Shown piece by piece: positions 41,090 to 54,534 of a DNA stretch of 64,000 bases. Positions within the stretch are counted from its first letter, which is position 1; every line of letters starts with the position of its first letter. The notes under the pieces were generated by a model. The model made no database searches, had not been told where the DNA came from, and saw nothing but the letters and a program-made list of their open reading frames with translations. A program made the translations under genes and the position numbers. The stretch comes from Eledone cirrhosa (lineage: Eukaryota): the NCBI GenBank assembly GCA_964016885.1, contig OZ024761.1, positions 14,570,001 through 14,634,000 on the forward strand, given 5' to 3'.

Positions 41090-42499
41090 CACTACCAACC
41101 ACACCAACACCACAACCACCACCAACACCAACACCACCAACACCACCACCAACACCACAACCACCACCAACACCACCAACAACAACAATACCAACACCAC
41201 CACCACCAATACCAACACCACCAACACCACCACAACCACTACCACCAACACCACCAACACCACCAACACCACCACCAACAACAACAACACCACCACCACC
41301 ACCAACACCACCAACACCACCAACACCACCACCACCAACACCACCACCACCAACACCAACACCACAACCAACACCACAACCAACACCACCAACACCACCA
41401 CCACCAACAACAACAACAACAACAATTGTTCTAGAAATTCCCACAGCAATTATGTAATAAATGAAATGAAAAAATAAGAAAGCTTTTTGTCCTTAAATCC
41501 ATAATTTAAAAAATTTCCTATTTTACAGAATTTTAAGTAACAAGATTGTGTGCGTGTGTATGTTTGTGTGTGTGTGTATGTTTGTGTGTGTGTGTATGTT
41601 TGTGTGTGTGTGTATGTTTGTGTGTGTGTATGTTTGTGTGTGTGTGTATGTTTGTGTGTGTGTGTATGTTTGTGTGTGTGTGTATGTTTGTGTGTGTGTA
41701 TGTTTGTGTGTGTGTGTATGTTTGTGTGTGTGTGTATGTTTGTGTGTGTGTGTATGTTTGTGTGTGTGTGTATGTTTGTGTGTGTGTATGTGTGTGTGTT
41801 TGTGTGTGTGAATGTGTGTGTGTTTGTGTGTGTGAATGTGTGTGTATGTGTGTTTGTTTGTGTGTATGTATGTGTATATGTGTTGCTTGTTGTGTGAGTG
41901 GTATTTGTGTGTGTGTCTGTTTGTGTATATATGTGTATGTAAGTATATGTGTATGTAAGTATATGTGTATGTAAGTATATATGTGTATGTAAGTATGTGT
42001 TTGTATGTATGTGTATATGTGTTGTGTGTATATGTATGTGTGCATGTCTCTGTGTATGTGTTTGTGTGTATGTATGCATATATGGATTGCATGTGTTGTG
42101 TGAGTGTAGGGTGTATATATGTGCATGTATGTATATGTTTGTATGTATGTTTGTGAATATATGTGTGTATTGTCAATGGGGTGGTGTATGTGTGTCTGTG
42201 TCTGTGTATTTTGTGTTGTGTGAGTGTATGTGTATACATGTGTGTGTGTGTATGCTTATCTAAGTGTCTCTCTATGTACTTGCATGTATATGTATGTGAC
42301 TGTGTGTGCATATGTTTGTGAATGTATTTCAGTTGCGTTGTATGCAAATGTGTGTATGTTGTATTGCATGTGAATGTGCATATGTGTATATATTAGTATA
42401 TGTATGTGTGTAAGCCTGCTTAGACTTGCGTCTTGTTGGTTGCAGGTTATTATTATTATTACTACTACTACTACTACTACTAATAATAATAATAATAAT

Positions 42500-42686
42500 A
42501 ATTGTTTCTACTTTAGGCACAAGGCCAGCAATTACCCAGTGCATTACTGGTACTTTATTTTATCGACCCCGTAAGGATGAAAGGCAAAGTCAACCTCGGC
42601 GGGATTTGAACTCAGATCGTAAAGGGACGTAACTCTGCTGGAAAGCATGGCATACGACCCTCTACCGATACTGCCAATCCACCGCC
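42500..42686 (-). mobile_element. SINE family A, full length
   Basis: 5' ggcggtggattggcagtatcgg at 42686; (TTA)n tail at 42480-42503. Confidence 0.9.
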
Positions 42687-42698
42687 TTAATTTTTTTT

Positions 42699-42806
42699 AA
42701 TGCTTACGGCACCTAGGGTTCCCAAGCGGTCACCCATCTAAGTACTAACTAGGCTCGACGTTGCTTAACTTCGGTGATCGGACGAGAACCGGTGTTTTCA
42801 GCATGG
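42699..42806 (-). pseudogene. 5S rRNA retrocopy, 5' truncated, A-tailed
   Basis: gctgaaaacaccggttctcgtccgatcaccgaagttaagcaacgtcgagcc..gatgggtgaccgcttgggaaccctaggtgccgtaagcatt followed by A8; lacks ~13 nt of 5' end and a T4+ terminator. Confidence 0.92.
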
Positions 42807-43295
42807 AAAGTAAACAATTTACCGCATTCTGAGAAGTGGTATGGGTATAAGCCAGAGTTGGTGATAGAAAACGATGAGGTGAAGGTGCTGTGGGATTTTA
42901 GGATACGGACGGACAAGAAATTAGAACACAATAGGCCTGACCTGGTGGTTTTGGACAAGGAAAAAAGATTGTGCTTGATTGTAGATGTAGCCTGCCCATT
43001 TGACACAAGAGTGCAAGAAAAGGAGAGGGAGAAAATTAACCGATACCAGAACTTAAAGTGGGAGGTAAAAAGGAATTGTCATAGGTGCAGTAGGTACTAT
43101 CTCAAAGAGTTTCCAAGGATGGTTAAAGAAAATTAGTTCAGCCCTGCTTTTTGGAACACTTCAAAAGGCTTGCTTGCTGGGAACAGCAAGAACCCTCCGA
43201 TACGTCCTGAATATCTGAGGCTGCTGGTAGCAGCTTGATATTCATTTCAACAAACTTTCCAGTTAAATAACATCAATGACTGAGACTCAAAGAAC
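42804..43295 (+). mobile_element. R4/Dong-clade retrotransposon 3' fragment (RLE domain)
   Basis: VLWDFRIRTDKKLEHNRPDLVVLDKEKRLCLIVDVACPFD..KINRY; C-terminus KACLLGTARTLRYVL; ends in (AAT)n. Confidence 0.88.
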
Positions 43296-43311
43296 AATAA
43301 TAATAATAATA

Positions 43312-43556
43312 ATAATTGTTTCTACGTTTGGCACAAGGCCAGCAATTACCCAGTGCATTACTGGTACTTTATTTTATTGACCCCGTAAGGATGAAAGGCA
43401 AAGTTAACAATAATTGTTTCTACTATTAGCACAAGGCCAGCAATTACCCAGTACATTACTGGTACTTTATTTTATCGACCCCGTAAGGATGAAAGGCAAA
43501 GTTAACCTCGGCGGGATTTGAACTCAGAATGGCAAGGGCCGTAACTCTATGCGTCA
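43312..43556 (-). mobile_element. Two truncated SINE family A copies
   Basis: ggcacaaggccagcaattacccagt..aaggatgaaaggcaaag twice; another copy on plus at 43838-44010. Confidence 0.85.
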
Positions 43557-43580
43557 TAATAATAATAATAATAACATTCC

Positions 43581-43796
43581 CATAGGCGCAGTAGGTACTA
43601 TCTCAAAAAGTTTCCAGGGATGGTTAAAGAAAATTGGCCCCGCCACGCTTTTTGGAATGCTTCTAAAGGCATGCTTGCTGGGAACAGCAAGAACCCTCCG
43701 ATACGTCCTGAATATCTGAGGCTGCAGGTAGTGGCTTGATATTCATTTCAACAAACTTTCCAGTTAAATAACATCAATGACTGAGACTCAAAGAAC
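43581..43796 (+). mobile_element. Second R4/Dong 3' fragment with 20-bp TSD
   Basis: Near identical to 43080-43295; aataataataacattcccat at 43564-43583 and 43797-43816. Confidence 0.88.
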
Positions 43797-44335
43797 AATA
43801 ATAATAACATTCCCATTATTATTATTATCACCATCATCGGTAGAGGGTCAGACGCCATGCCTTGAAGCATAGAGTTACCTCCCTTTATGATCTGATTTCA
43901 AATCCCGCCGAGGTTTACTTTGCCTTTCATCCTTACGGGGGTCGATAAAATAAAGTACCAGTAATGCAGTGGGGATAATTGCTGGCCTTGTGCCAAAAAG
44001 TAGAAACAATTATTATCACCATCATCATCATCATCACTATCATCACCATTACTACTACTACTACTACTACTACCACTACTACTACTACTACTACTGTTAC
44101 TGTTATCAACATTTCCATCACCATCATCATCACTATCATCATCATTACTACTACTACTAATACTACTACTACTACTACCACTACTACTACTACTACTACT
44201 GTTACTGTTATCAACATTTCCATCACCATCATCATCACTATCATCATCATTACTACTACTACTACTAATACTACTACTACTACTACTATTACTACTACTA
44301 CTACTGTTACTGTTACTGTTACTGTTATCAACATT

Positions 44336-44379
<44 letters not shown>

Positions 44380-44656
44380 GAGGGTTTCATCACTAGCACC
44401 ACCACTACTACTATCACTATCACTACCAGCACTAATATTATTATCATAACCATTGTTATTGTTGTTGCTGTTGTTGTTGTATTGTGCTGCACACTCCAGG
44501 CAGTTTTAGCAACAACAGCCTGTCTCTTGCAAATCCTTCGGGGAGGATTTTTCTTGTCTGTTATTTTGTTTTGTTCTTCTGTTGTTTTGTTTTTTTTTGG
44601 TAAAGAATAAAAAAAAAATGGTTATAATAATAATAATAATGATAATGATGATGATG

Positions 44657-44688
<32 letters not shown>

Positions 44689-45239
44689 GAATCAAAGAAC
44701 TGGCTGTTGTCTATAGAAACAGTAAAAACAGTAATATGGTGCTGACATGTCTATTATTTAGAATTCATAATATATGTATATATATAATATATATATATAT
44801 ATATATGTGTGTGTGTATATATATATATATGTATGTATGTATATATATATATGTATGTATATATATATATGTATGTATATATATATATATATATATGTAT
44901 GTATATATATGTATATATATATATGTATGTGTATATATATATATATGTATGTATATATATGTATATATATATATGTATGTGTATATATATATATATATAT
45001 ACACATATATCAATATATATGTATATATATATATATATATACACACACACATATATATATATACATATATATATGTATATACATATACACACACACATAT
45101 ACACACAGAAATATACACACACACACACACACACACATATACACTCATACATATGTGTGTGTGTGTGTGTGTATAAATTTTTCCTGAATATAATTCCCAA
45201 AGAAAAATTCTATGAAGAATTTACTTTACATATATAATA

Positions 45240-45284
<45 letters not shown>

Positions 45285-45660
45285 GTGTGCGTGCGTGTGC
45301 GTGCGTGTGTGTGTGCGTGTGTATAAGTGTTTTGTGCATGTGTACATACACACACGCAGGCAGTCTGTGCTGGAAAACAGATGTCCAAGCCATGCAAGCA
45401 TGGAAAAACAAGCATAACATATTGATGATGATTTCAATATATTCCTCCCTTTTTATTTACATTTTTGTGGTGCATTCTAGACTGTTCTGGGCCCTGGTGA
45501 GTTGATATATATCCTGTAGCTCAAATAATGGCAGGTATGAAACTAAACATGCATTTTGGTTACTAGATCACCAAACTTCTCATTAATGGTTCAAAGATAA
45601 CTTCCTTCTCTTGTATCCTTTTCACTACATTAACATCGGCTTCTACAACAGAACATGTTT

Positions 45661-46452
45661 TTAACCCTTTAGCATTTACATTACTTTATATTTACTTTTG
45701 TGGTAAAGGCTTTATCTTACATAATAATCTCAAACCCCTCACTTGCTCAGAACATTGACCTCCTGGAAACTGTTCAGAGACGTGCAACCAAGCGCTTACC
45801 CTCCATCAGGTATCTACCATACTCTGAACGCCTTGCTTCTTCCCTAGACATGGATACATTGAAGCTCCAACGTCTGGCAACTGACTTGGTAAACACCCAC
45901 AAAATTATCAACCATCTTGCAAACAACAACCCTGAGCACCTTTTTGATCTCCATGTGTCTAACACACGTGGGCATGCCTATAAAGTCAGAAAACAGCACA
46001 GCTCCCATGACTTTCGGAAACGTTTTTTCACGCTCAGAGTTGCTGAAGCATGGAACAAACTACCTGCGTCAGTTGTTAGCTGCCGAGACACTGCATCCTT
46101 TAAAACCTCCATGCTTCCTGAAATTTGCCAACACTATACCTGATACCCCCCCCCCCCCCACCTCCATACACAGGCACACATGCATATCATGACTCATACA
46201 CTGTTCATTTTCCTGAAATTTGTACATTATCCTATGTACTATAAATGCACCTTTGATGAGTTGTAGTGCATCTGAGCACTGTACAAAATAATTTCATTAT
46301 TTTTATAATATCGTACCTATGAGATTTTGATATCATTTATTTTGAGAACAATATCTTAGCATAAGAATGAATGGCCGGTTACAGCCAGTTTGAACTGAGA
46401 GAGGTGAGAGAATTCTGGCTGGATATGACTGGTTTAAATGCTAAAGGGTTAA
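45661..46452. mobile_element. piggyBac-type MITE interrupted by CR1
   Basis: TTAA-ccctttagcattta at 45661 and taaatgctaaaggg-TTAA at 46452. Confidence 0.85.
45732..46300 (+). mobile_element. CR1-clade LINE 3' end
   Basis: [37 protein letters not shown], 3'UTR and att-type tail. Confidence 0.92.
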
Positions 46453-47225
46453 GGCTACATGTGTTAGTGGAATGCTCAGTCACTTGCACATTAATGTCAC
46501 AAGCAAGCTGTTCTATTGACTGCATTCACTGGAACATTCATTGGCATCAAGAGAAATCCAACACACACACACACACACACATAACTGTGTGTGTGTGTGT
46601 GTGTTTGGGTGAGATAATGTGGTTGTGTGTGTATGTGTGATTGTGTGTAAAAGTTTGTGTATATATGTGGGTGTGTGTGTCTGTGTGATTGTATGTGTAG
46701 AAGTTTATGTATATATATATGTGTGTGTGTGTGTTTGAGTGAGATAATGTGTGTGTGTGTATGTCTGTGTGATTGTATGTGTAGAAGTTATATATATAGA
46801 AGTTTATATATATATGTGTGTGTGTATGTGTGTTTGAGTGAGATAATGTAAGTGTGTGTGTGTGTGTGTGTCTGTCTGATTGTATGTGTGTGTGTGTGTG
46901 CGATTGTATGTGTGTGTGTTTGTGTCTGTGCGATTGAATGTGTATATGTGTGTGTGTGTCTGTGTGATTGTATGTGTGTGTGTGTGTGTGTGATGGTATG
47001 TGTATCTGTGTGTGTGTGTGTCTGTGATTGAATGTATAGAAGTTTGTGTAAGTTGTTTATGCATATATATGTGTGCGTGAGTGCATGAGTGTGTGTGTGT
47101 GTGTGTGAGTGTAGAGGTTTGCGTATGCATATATTCATCTGTGTGTGTGAGTGTATGTATCTGTGTATGTATGTCAACATGATTTTTTCATGTCAACTGT
47201 TCATGCTTCTACGGTATCTGTGAGT

Positions 47226-47300
<75 letters not shown>

Positions 47301-47386
47301 ATTCAATAACTAAACCAATCAATAAATGAATTTATGTATGAATTCATATGTGTATACCCATTCACCCACATGTGTAAATGTCTGTA

Positions 47387-47432
<46 letters not shown>

Positions 47433-47619
47433 TATACACATATGCACACACACACATATATATATATATATATACATACATCTATATACATATATATACA
47501 TACATAAATATACATACATACATCTATATACATATATGTACATACATATATATACATACATACATATACATACATATATATATATATACATACATATATA
47601 TATACATATATATATATAC

Positions 47620-47664
<45 letters not shown>

Positions 47665-48043
47665 CATATATATATACATACATATACATACATACATATA
47701 TATATATATACACACACACACGTATATATATATATACATACATAAATATACATACATACATCTATATACATATATGTACATACATATATATACATACATA
47801 CATATACATACATACATATATATACATATATATATATACATACATATATATATACATACATATACATACATACATATATATATATATACACACACACACG
47901 TATATATATATATACATACATACATATACATACATATACTTATACATACATATATATACTTATACATACATATATATACATATACATACTTACATATATA
48001 TACATATACATACTTACATATATATACATATATATACATACAC

Positions 48044-48094
<51 letters not shown>

Positions 48095-48125
48095 TACATA
48101 TATATACATATATATATACATACAC

Positions 48126-48160
<35 letters not shown>

Positions 48161-48300
48161 TACATATATATACATATATATATATGTGTGTGTGTGTGTA
48201 TATGTTAGCGTTATTCAATAGCTATCCAAATCGATAAAACACTATTTTAATGCAGCTCCATTTAGCTCAGTCAACAGATACTAGTGATATACCAACTTAC

Positions 48301-48379
48301 CGACTACCCACCATCACAAACAGGTGAGGCGACAGGTAACATATACCGACAGGTGAGATAATCAAATTAACAGAACAAC
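48301..48379 (-). other. Probable 79-nt 5'UTR exon
   Basis: Acceptor tttttgtctag at 48380, donor G/GTAAGT at 48300, unique sequence, same strand as gene. Confidence 0.55.
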
Positions 48380-48582
48380 CTAGACAAAAACTGTCAAAAG
48401 AAGGTCAAAATTCAGGTAATTTCTTCAAATTTATCTCAGGGAAAATAATTTTTGGGTTATTTTTAAACTTTTTATTTTAGTTTATATTTTATATAGTTGT
48501 TTTTGTTGTTTTTTTTTAGCTTTCCAGAAAATTCTTTTCTAATCTGTGAATGTTTTTTTTTCTGTTTTATATATATATATAT

Positions 48583-48923
48583 GGAGGCACAAGGCTTAGT
48601 GGTTAGAGCATTGGCCTTGCAATCGAAAGGTTGGGAGTTCAATTCATAGACCGGGTGATGTGTTGTTTCCTTGAGCAAGACACTTTATTTCACATTGCTC
48701 CAGTTTACTCAGCTGTAGAAATGAGATGATAGGGACTGGGGTCCCTATCATTCCACTGCAAAGTGGTCGTGGAGGTGCCACGGCAAAAAAGCACCCAGCA
48801 CTCACTGTAAATGAGGTTGGTGTTAGGAGGGGCATCCAGCTGTAGAAATCAAGCCAGAATCAGTTCCCGTCCCACCCTTGCAAGCAGGGAAAAAGCGGAT
48901 GTAAAATGAAATGATGATGATGA
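48583..48923 (+). mobile_element. tRNA-derived SINE family B with RTE tail
   Basis: A box ggcttagtgg, B box gagttcaattc, core ccttgagcaagacactt, 3' ccacccttgcaagcagggaaaaagcggatgtaaaa..(gat)n matching RTE at 7913-7973. Confidence 0.88.
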
Positions 48924-49202
48924 TATATATATTATTTTGGCAGAAGATATATTGCTAGGATGGTGCCATGTCATGCTGGGATTGATTTTATTGATGTTGA
49001 TGATGGTGAGGTGGTGTTGCTGGTGCTGGTGATGATGTTCATGATGATGGCGTTTTTGTTGCTGCTGTTGCTGTTGGTATGTATATTTATATGCGTAAGT
49101 TATATGTATATATATATAATATATATATATATATAATTTTACGTCAGTTTTTGTATACTTCAATGGGTGGCCGGGTGTATATATATATATATTATGTATG
49201 TA

Positions 49203-49263
<61 letters not shown>

Positions 49264-50994
49264 TATAAGAACAGATTAAAGTTTAAGCAAAGAATAGCTG
49301 CTTTCACCCATATATATATATATATATATTTATATATATGTGTGTGTGTGTATGTGTGTATGTATGATGGTATATTAGTTCAACAGATGATATAGAGGGG
49401 AAATAATCTGAACATTTCGGACACTGGTCCTTCATTGGAAGATAGAATGAAAAATAAATGACAAAGTAGGAAGATATCTGTTGGAGATCATATCAACTGC
49501 AGTGCATTAAAGACGAGTCCAACCTATTGCTAGCTGGGGAAAGGCATGTTAATCTTTACTGCAATCTAGGTGCCTTATGCTGCCTATAGAGTAATATTCC
49601 CTTAATACATAATGTAGTGTCAAGGGACACAATTCATAAACAAATTCAGCATGCTAAAGATTAAACAATGTTGATGATGATGATTACATTGGATTTCCAC
49701 ACAGTTTCTCTCAACTAAATTCCACTCACAAGTCTTTGGTCAACCTAAGGCCGTATCAGAAGCTTCTTTGCTACATGGTATCATACAGTGATAAACTTCT
49801 TCACTGCACAACCATACATTCACTTCTCATCAGTCTTTTGTTGTTATTGTTGTTGATTTTTTGTGTTGTTAGTTATCGTTGTTGATCTTTTTTTTGTTTT
49901 GTTTTGTTTTTTTGTTTCCACAATCAATAACTCACTCATTGCAGTCTTGCAGTCTTTAGAGTCCGTCAAATCTGCAACTCTTAAAAAAAAAGAAACTAAC
50001 ACAGGAGAAATCTATATACTAGTTATACAGTTCAATCATCATTTATGGATTAGTTTTCAAGATTCCCTGGAGACTGAATGTTCTGTCCATTGTGCATCAT
50101 CAACTGAACTTGTTGACTCAAGTGGCAGCAATGAAATAATAGAAGACAAAAGAGTTCTCTAAGGGAGATAATCGAACATCTTTTCCAATTTCTTTGTCCT
50201 CCGTAATTTTTTTTATAGATATTTTTCTTAATCTTGACATTAATCATTAATTAATTTCTCATCTTCTAGGGATATGTTTTAATTTTGTTTTGTCTTGGCT
50301 TGTTTTATTTTATTTTTTTCTGGTTCTTTTGTTTTATATTCCATTTTGTTTTTTACTTCTATTTTTTAAAATCATGTCTTTTTTTTGTTTTTGTAAATGT
50401 TGTGTTGTAACTCTTTAGTTACATGACAATCCATTTTAAGAAAGTATTTATCCATCTGCCTCTGTATCTGTCTGTCTGTCTATCTGCCAATCTTTCTATT
50501 TGTTCGTCTATCTGTCTGTGTTTCTATCTCTGTCTATCTATCTGTCTGTCTATCTATCTGTCTGTCCATCTATCTGTCTGTCCATCTATCTGTCTGTCCA
50601 TCTGTCTGTCTGTCTATCTGTCTATCTGTCTATCTATCTTTATGACTGTCTCTCTGAGTATTTATCTCTGTCTGTTTGTGTATCTGTCTATCTATCTTTA
50701 TGTCTGTCTGAGTATTTATCTCTATCTGTTTATGTATCTCTCTATCAGTCTGTTTATCTATCTATCTATTGATCATTTCGTATTCTTGTTTGTATGTCTG
50801 CCTGTCTGTCTCTGTCTATCTGTTGGTTTATCATCATCCTCACCATCATCACCATCATGGCCTCATCCTCATTTTCCCATGCTAGCTTAGTTTGTACGAG
50901 TCTTTACAGACCAACTTAATATCTAATTGGCACTACTGTGCTACTTATAACCTGTTTTTCTTTTACATATATTCCACTGGGAATGTTGTTCTAT

Positions 50995-51940
50995 CATGGC
51001 ACCAACACTAGGGAGGTTGTGGCACTAACACTAGGGAAGCAGTGACACCAACACTAGGGGGATTGTGACACCAACACGAGGGAGGTAGTGACACCAACAC
51101 GAGAGAGGTAGTGACACCAACACGAGAGAGGTAGTGACACCAACACAAGAGAGGTTGTGACACCAACATGAGGAAGGTAGTGATACCATCATGAGGGAGG
51201 TTGTGACACCATTACTATGGAGGTTGTGATACCAACACTAGAGAGGTTGTGATACCAACACTAGAGAGGTTGTGACACCATCACTAGGGAGGTTGTGACA
51301 CCATCACTAGGGAGGTTGTGACACCATCACTAGGGAGGTTGTGACACCATCACTAGGGAGGTTGTGACACCATCACTAGGGAGGTTGTGACACCATCACT
51401 AGGGAGGTAGTGACACCATCACTAGGGAGGTAGTTACACCAACACTAGGGAGGTTGTGATAGCAATACTAGAGAGGTAGTTACACCAACACTAGGGAGGT
51501 TGTGATAGCAATACTAGAGAGGTAGTTACACCAACACTAGGGAGGTTGTGATAGCAATACTAGAGAGGTTGTGACACCATCACTAGGGAGGTAGTGACAC
51601 CATTACTAGGGAGATTGTGATACCAGCATGAGGGATGATGTGACACCAACACTAGAGAGGTTGTGACACCATCACTAGGGAGGTTGTGACACCATCACTA
51701 GGGAGGTTGTGACACCATCACTAGGGAGGTTGTGACAACAACACTAGAGAGGTTGCGACACCATCACTAGGGAGGTTGTGACACCATCACTAGGGAGGTA
51801 GTGACACATTCACTAGAGAGGTTGTGACACATTCACTAGGGAGGTTATGATGCCATCACTAGAGAGGTAGTGACACCATTACTAGGGAGGTTGTGACACC
51901 ATCACTAGGGAGGTAGTGACACCAACACTAGAGAGGTTGA
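50995..51940. repeat. 23-bp minisatellite, ~40 copies
   Basis: gtgacaccatcactagggaggtt. Confidence 0.95.
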
Positions 51941-52948
51941 AGAACAGGTGGTGGTGGTCACGGGAGTGATGAGGGTGGGAGAGGTGTAGGGGAATGTAGT
52001 GCGGGTGGTGGTGGTAGTGGGGGATGATAAAGGAGGGTAGGAGAGGGGGTGGATGTAAGTATAAAGAGGGGGTGGTGGTGTTGGAGGGGGAGTTGGGGAA
52101 TGGTGGGAGAAGGGGGTAGATGTAGATGTAAAGAGTGGGTGGTGGGGGATATGAAGGAGGGTGGGAGAGGGGGTAAGTGTATGTATAAAGAGGGGGTGGT
52201 GGTAATGGTGGAGATGAGGGAGGGGGCAGGGGGGGTTAGATGTAAGTATAAAGAGCCGGTAGTGGTGGGAGAGGAGTAGATATATGTATAAAGAATGGTG
52301 GTTGGTGGTGGTGGTGGTAGTGGCATGGGTGGGGGTGGGTGGGGGGGGGGGGTGTAGATGGGTGGTAGAGAGAGAGGGGGGTAGGTGTATGTATAAAGAG
52401 CCGGGTGGTGGTAGTGGGGGGCGGATGAGGATGGATTGTAGGTGGAGGGTGTAGGTTTAGGTATAAAGAACAGTTGGTGGTGGTGGTGGTGAGGGTGGTA
52501 ATGTGGGGGTGGGGGATGAGGATGGGTTGTAAGGGAGGGGAGGGGGGGGGGGGGGTTAGCGGTGTAGGTATAAAGAGTGGTTGGTGGTCGTGGTGGTGGT
52601 AGTGGTGGCGTGGTATAGGGGGGGGATGAGGATGGGTGGTAGAGAGGGTGGTGGGTAGATGTAGGTATAAAGAGCAGGTGGTGGTGGTGGTGGTGGTGGT
52701 GGTGGGGAACACGAAGTAGGGTGGATAGGATATTGGTAGGTGTAGGGGGGTAAGGTAGCGGAAGAAAGTCTGCTTTAAAATAAAAACCCACTTTATTCTG
52801 TGATTATTTATTCCAAAATGAAGCAATCAAGATGAAGAGATTTAGAATGGTGGCTGTGATTAGAGTGGAAAGTAAAGCTGATTAGTACAACACTGTTGCT
52901 TCCACCGCATCCTACCACATACATACACTGTATCTTTTTGTATATATG

Positions 52949-52979
<31 letters not shown>

Positions 52980-53018
52980 ATGTGTGTGTGTGCGTGTGTG
53001 TGTGTGCGTGTGTGTGTA

Positions 53019-53063
<45 letters not shown>

Positions 53064-53070
53064 GTGTGTA

Positions 53071-53131
<61 letters not shown>

Positions 53132-53180
53132 ACATGTGTAGGCATATATATGTATATATATATACATATATATATATATG

Positions 53181-53227
<47 letters not shown>

Positions 53228-53491
53228 ATGCCTACACATGTAGATATATATAGATATATATACATATGTATAGATATATATAGATACACATACATGTGTA
53301 TACATGTATATATATATGTATATAGACATACATATATGTATTTATGTATACATACATATATACACACACACATATATATATATATATACACACATATATA
53401 CATATATACATACACATATATAGACATATATATACACATATATATATGTATATATATATATACATATATATATATACACACATATATATAC

Positions 53492-53533
<42 letters not shown>

Positions 53534-54534
53534 CACACCTGGAGAGCGACAGAGAGGATATGAGAGAGTGGGAGGGAGAGATACAGAGGATGAGAGAGAG
53601 AAAGAGAGAAAGAAAGATATATATATATATATAGAGAGAGAGAGGCAAATATAGTGTAGGTGGAAGTAAGAGATTGAAGCCATTTAATCACTGCCCCCCT
53701 CTCCTTGTCTCCCACGTCCCCTTCCTCCTACTCCATCACAATTCTTTGCACAAAATTTCTATTGAGAAGCTTAGCTGCGGTGATCAATAAGAGATGAGGA
53801 ATTCTTTGTTTGTGGAATCAAGGTGTATTATGTCATTGTTAAAGGTGTTGTTGTTGTTGTTGTTACTGTTGTTGTTATTATTTTGTTATTATTTTGTTAT
53901 TATTATTGGGACTTTTGTTATTACTGTTTTTGTTGTTGTTTTTGTTATGATTTTGTGTAGGAATTACTGTTGTTATTGCTGTTGTTATTGTGGTTGTTAT
54001 TGCTGTTGTTATTGTGGTTGTTGTTGTGGTTGTTATTGTGGTTGTTATTGTGGTTGTTATTGTGGTTGTTATTGTTGTGGTTGTCGTTACTATTATTGTT
54101 ATTATTATTGGGATTTTTGTTGTTTTTGTTGTTACTGTTTTTGTTGTTTTTCTTGTAATTTTGAAGGAATTGTTGTTGTTATTGTTGTTATTGCTATCGT
54201 TGTTGTTATTGCTATTGTTATTGTGGCTGTTGTTGTTGTGGTTGTTATTGTTATTCTTATAATTTCTTTAATGATTTTGTAGGAATTGTTTGTTATTGTG
54301 GTTCTGATTTTGTTGTTATTGTTGTTGCCATGACTTGTTATTGTAGTGGTAGTTGTAATGGTAGTAGTTGTTGTTATTGTAGTGGTTATGATTCTATACT
54401 AATTCTCTCGTTACATATTTCTCGACAATATCAATAATGTCAGTTTTCACCATTCTTCAATATGGTGTAGAATTACGCTTTTGTTGTGGATCTGTTTAGC
54501 AAATTTGGGTTATTTCCTCACCTGTAGTATGTGA

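Noticed and set aside
42699-42806. Functional 5S rRNA gene
   Set aside because: 5' truncated, A-tailed, solitary, no oligo-T terminator
48583-48655. tRNA gene
   Set aside because: tRNA-like head of a SINE; acceptor stem does not pair
50995-51940. CRISPR-like periodicity (also 27740-28560)
   Set aside because: No unique spacers, no cas genes, eukaryotic context
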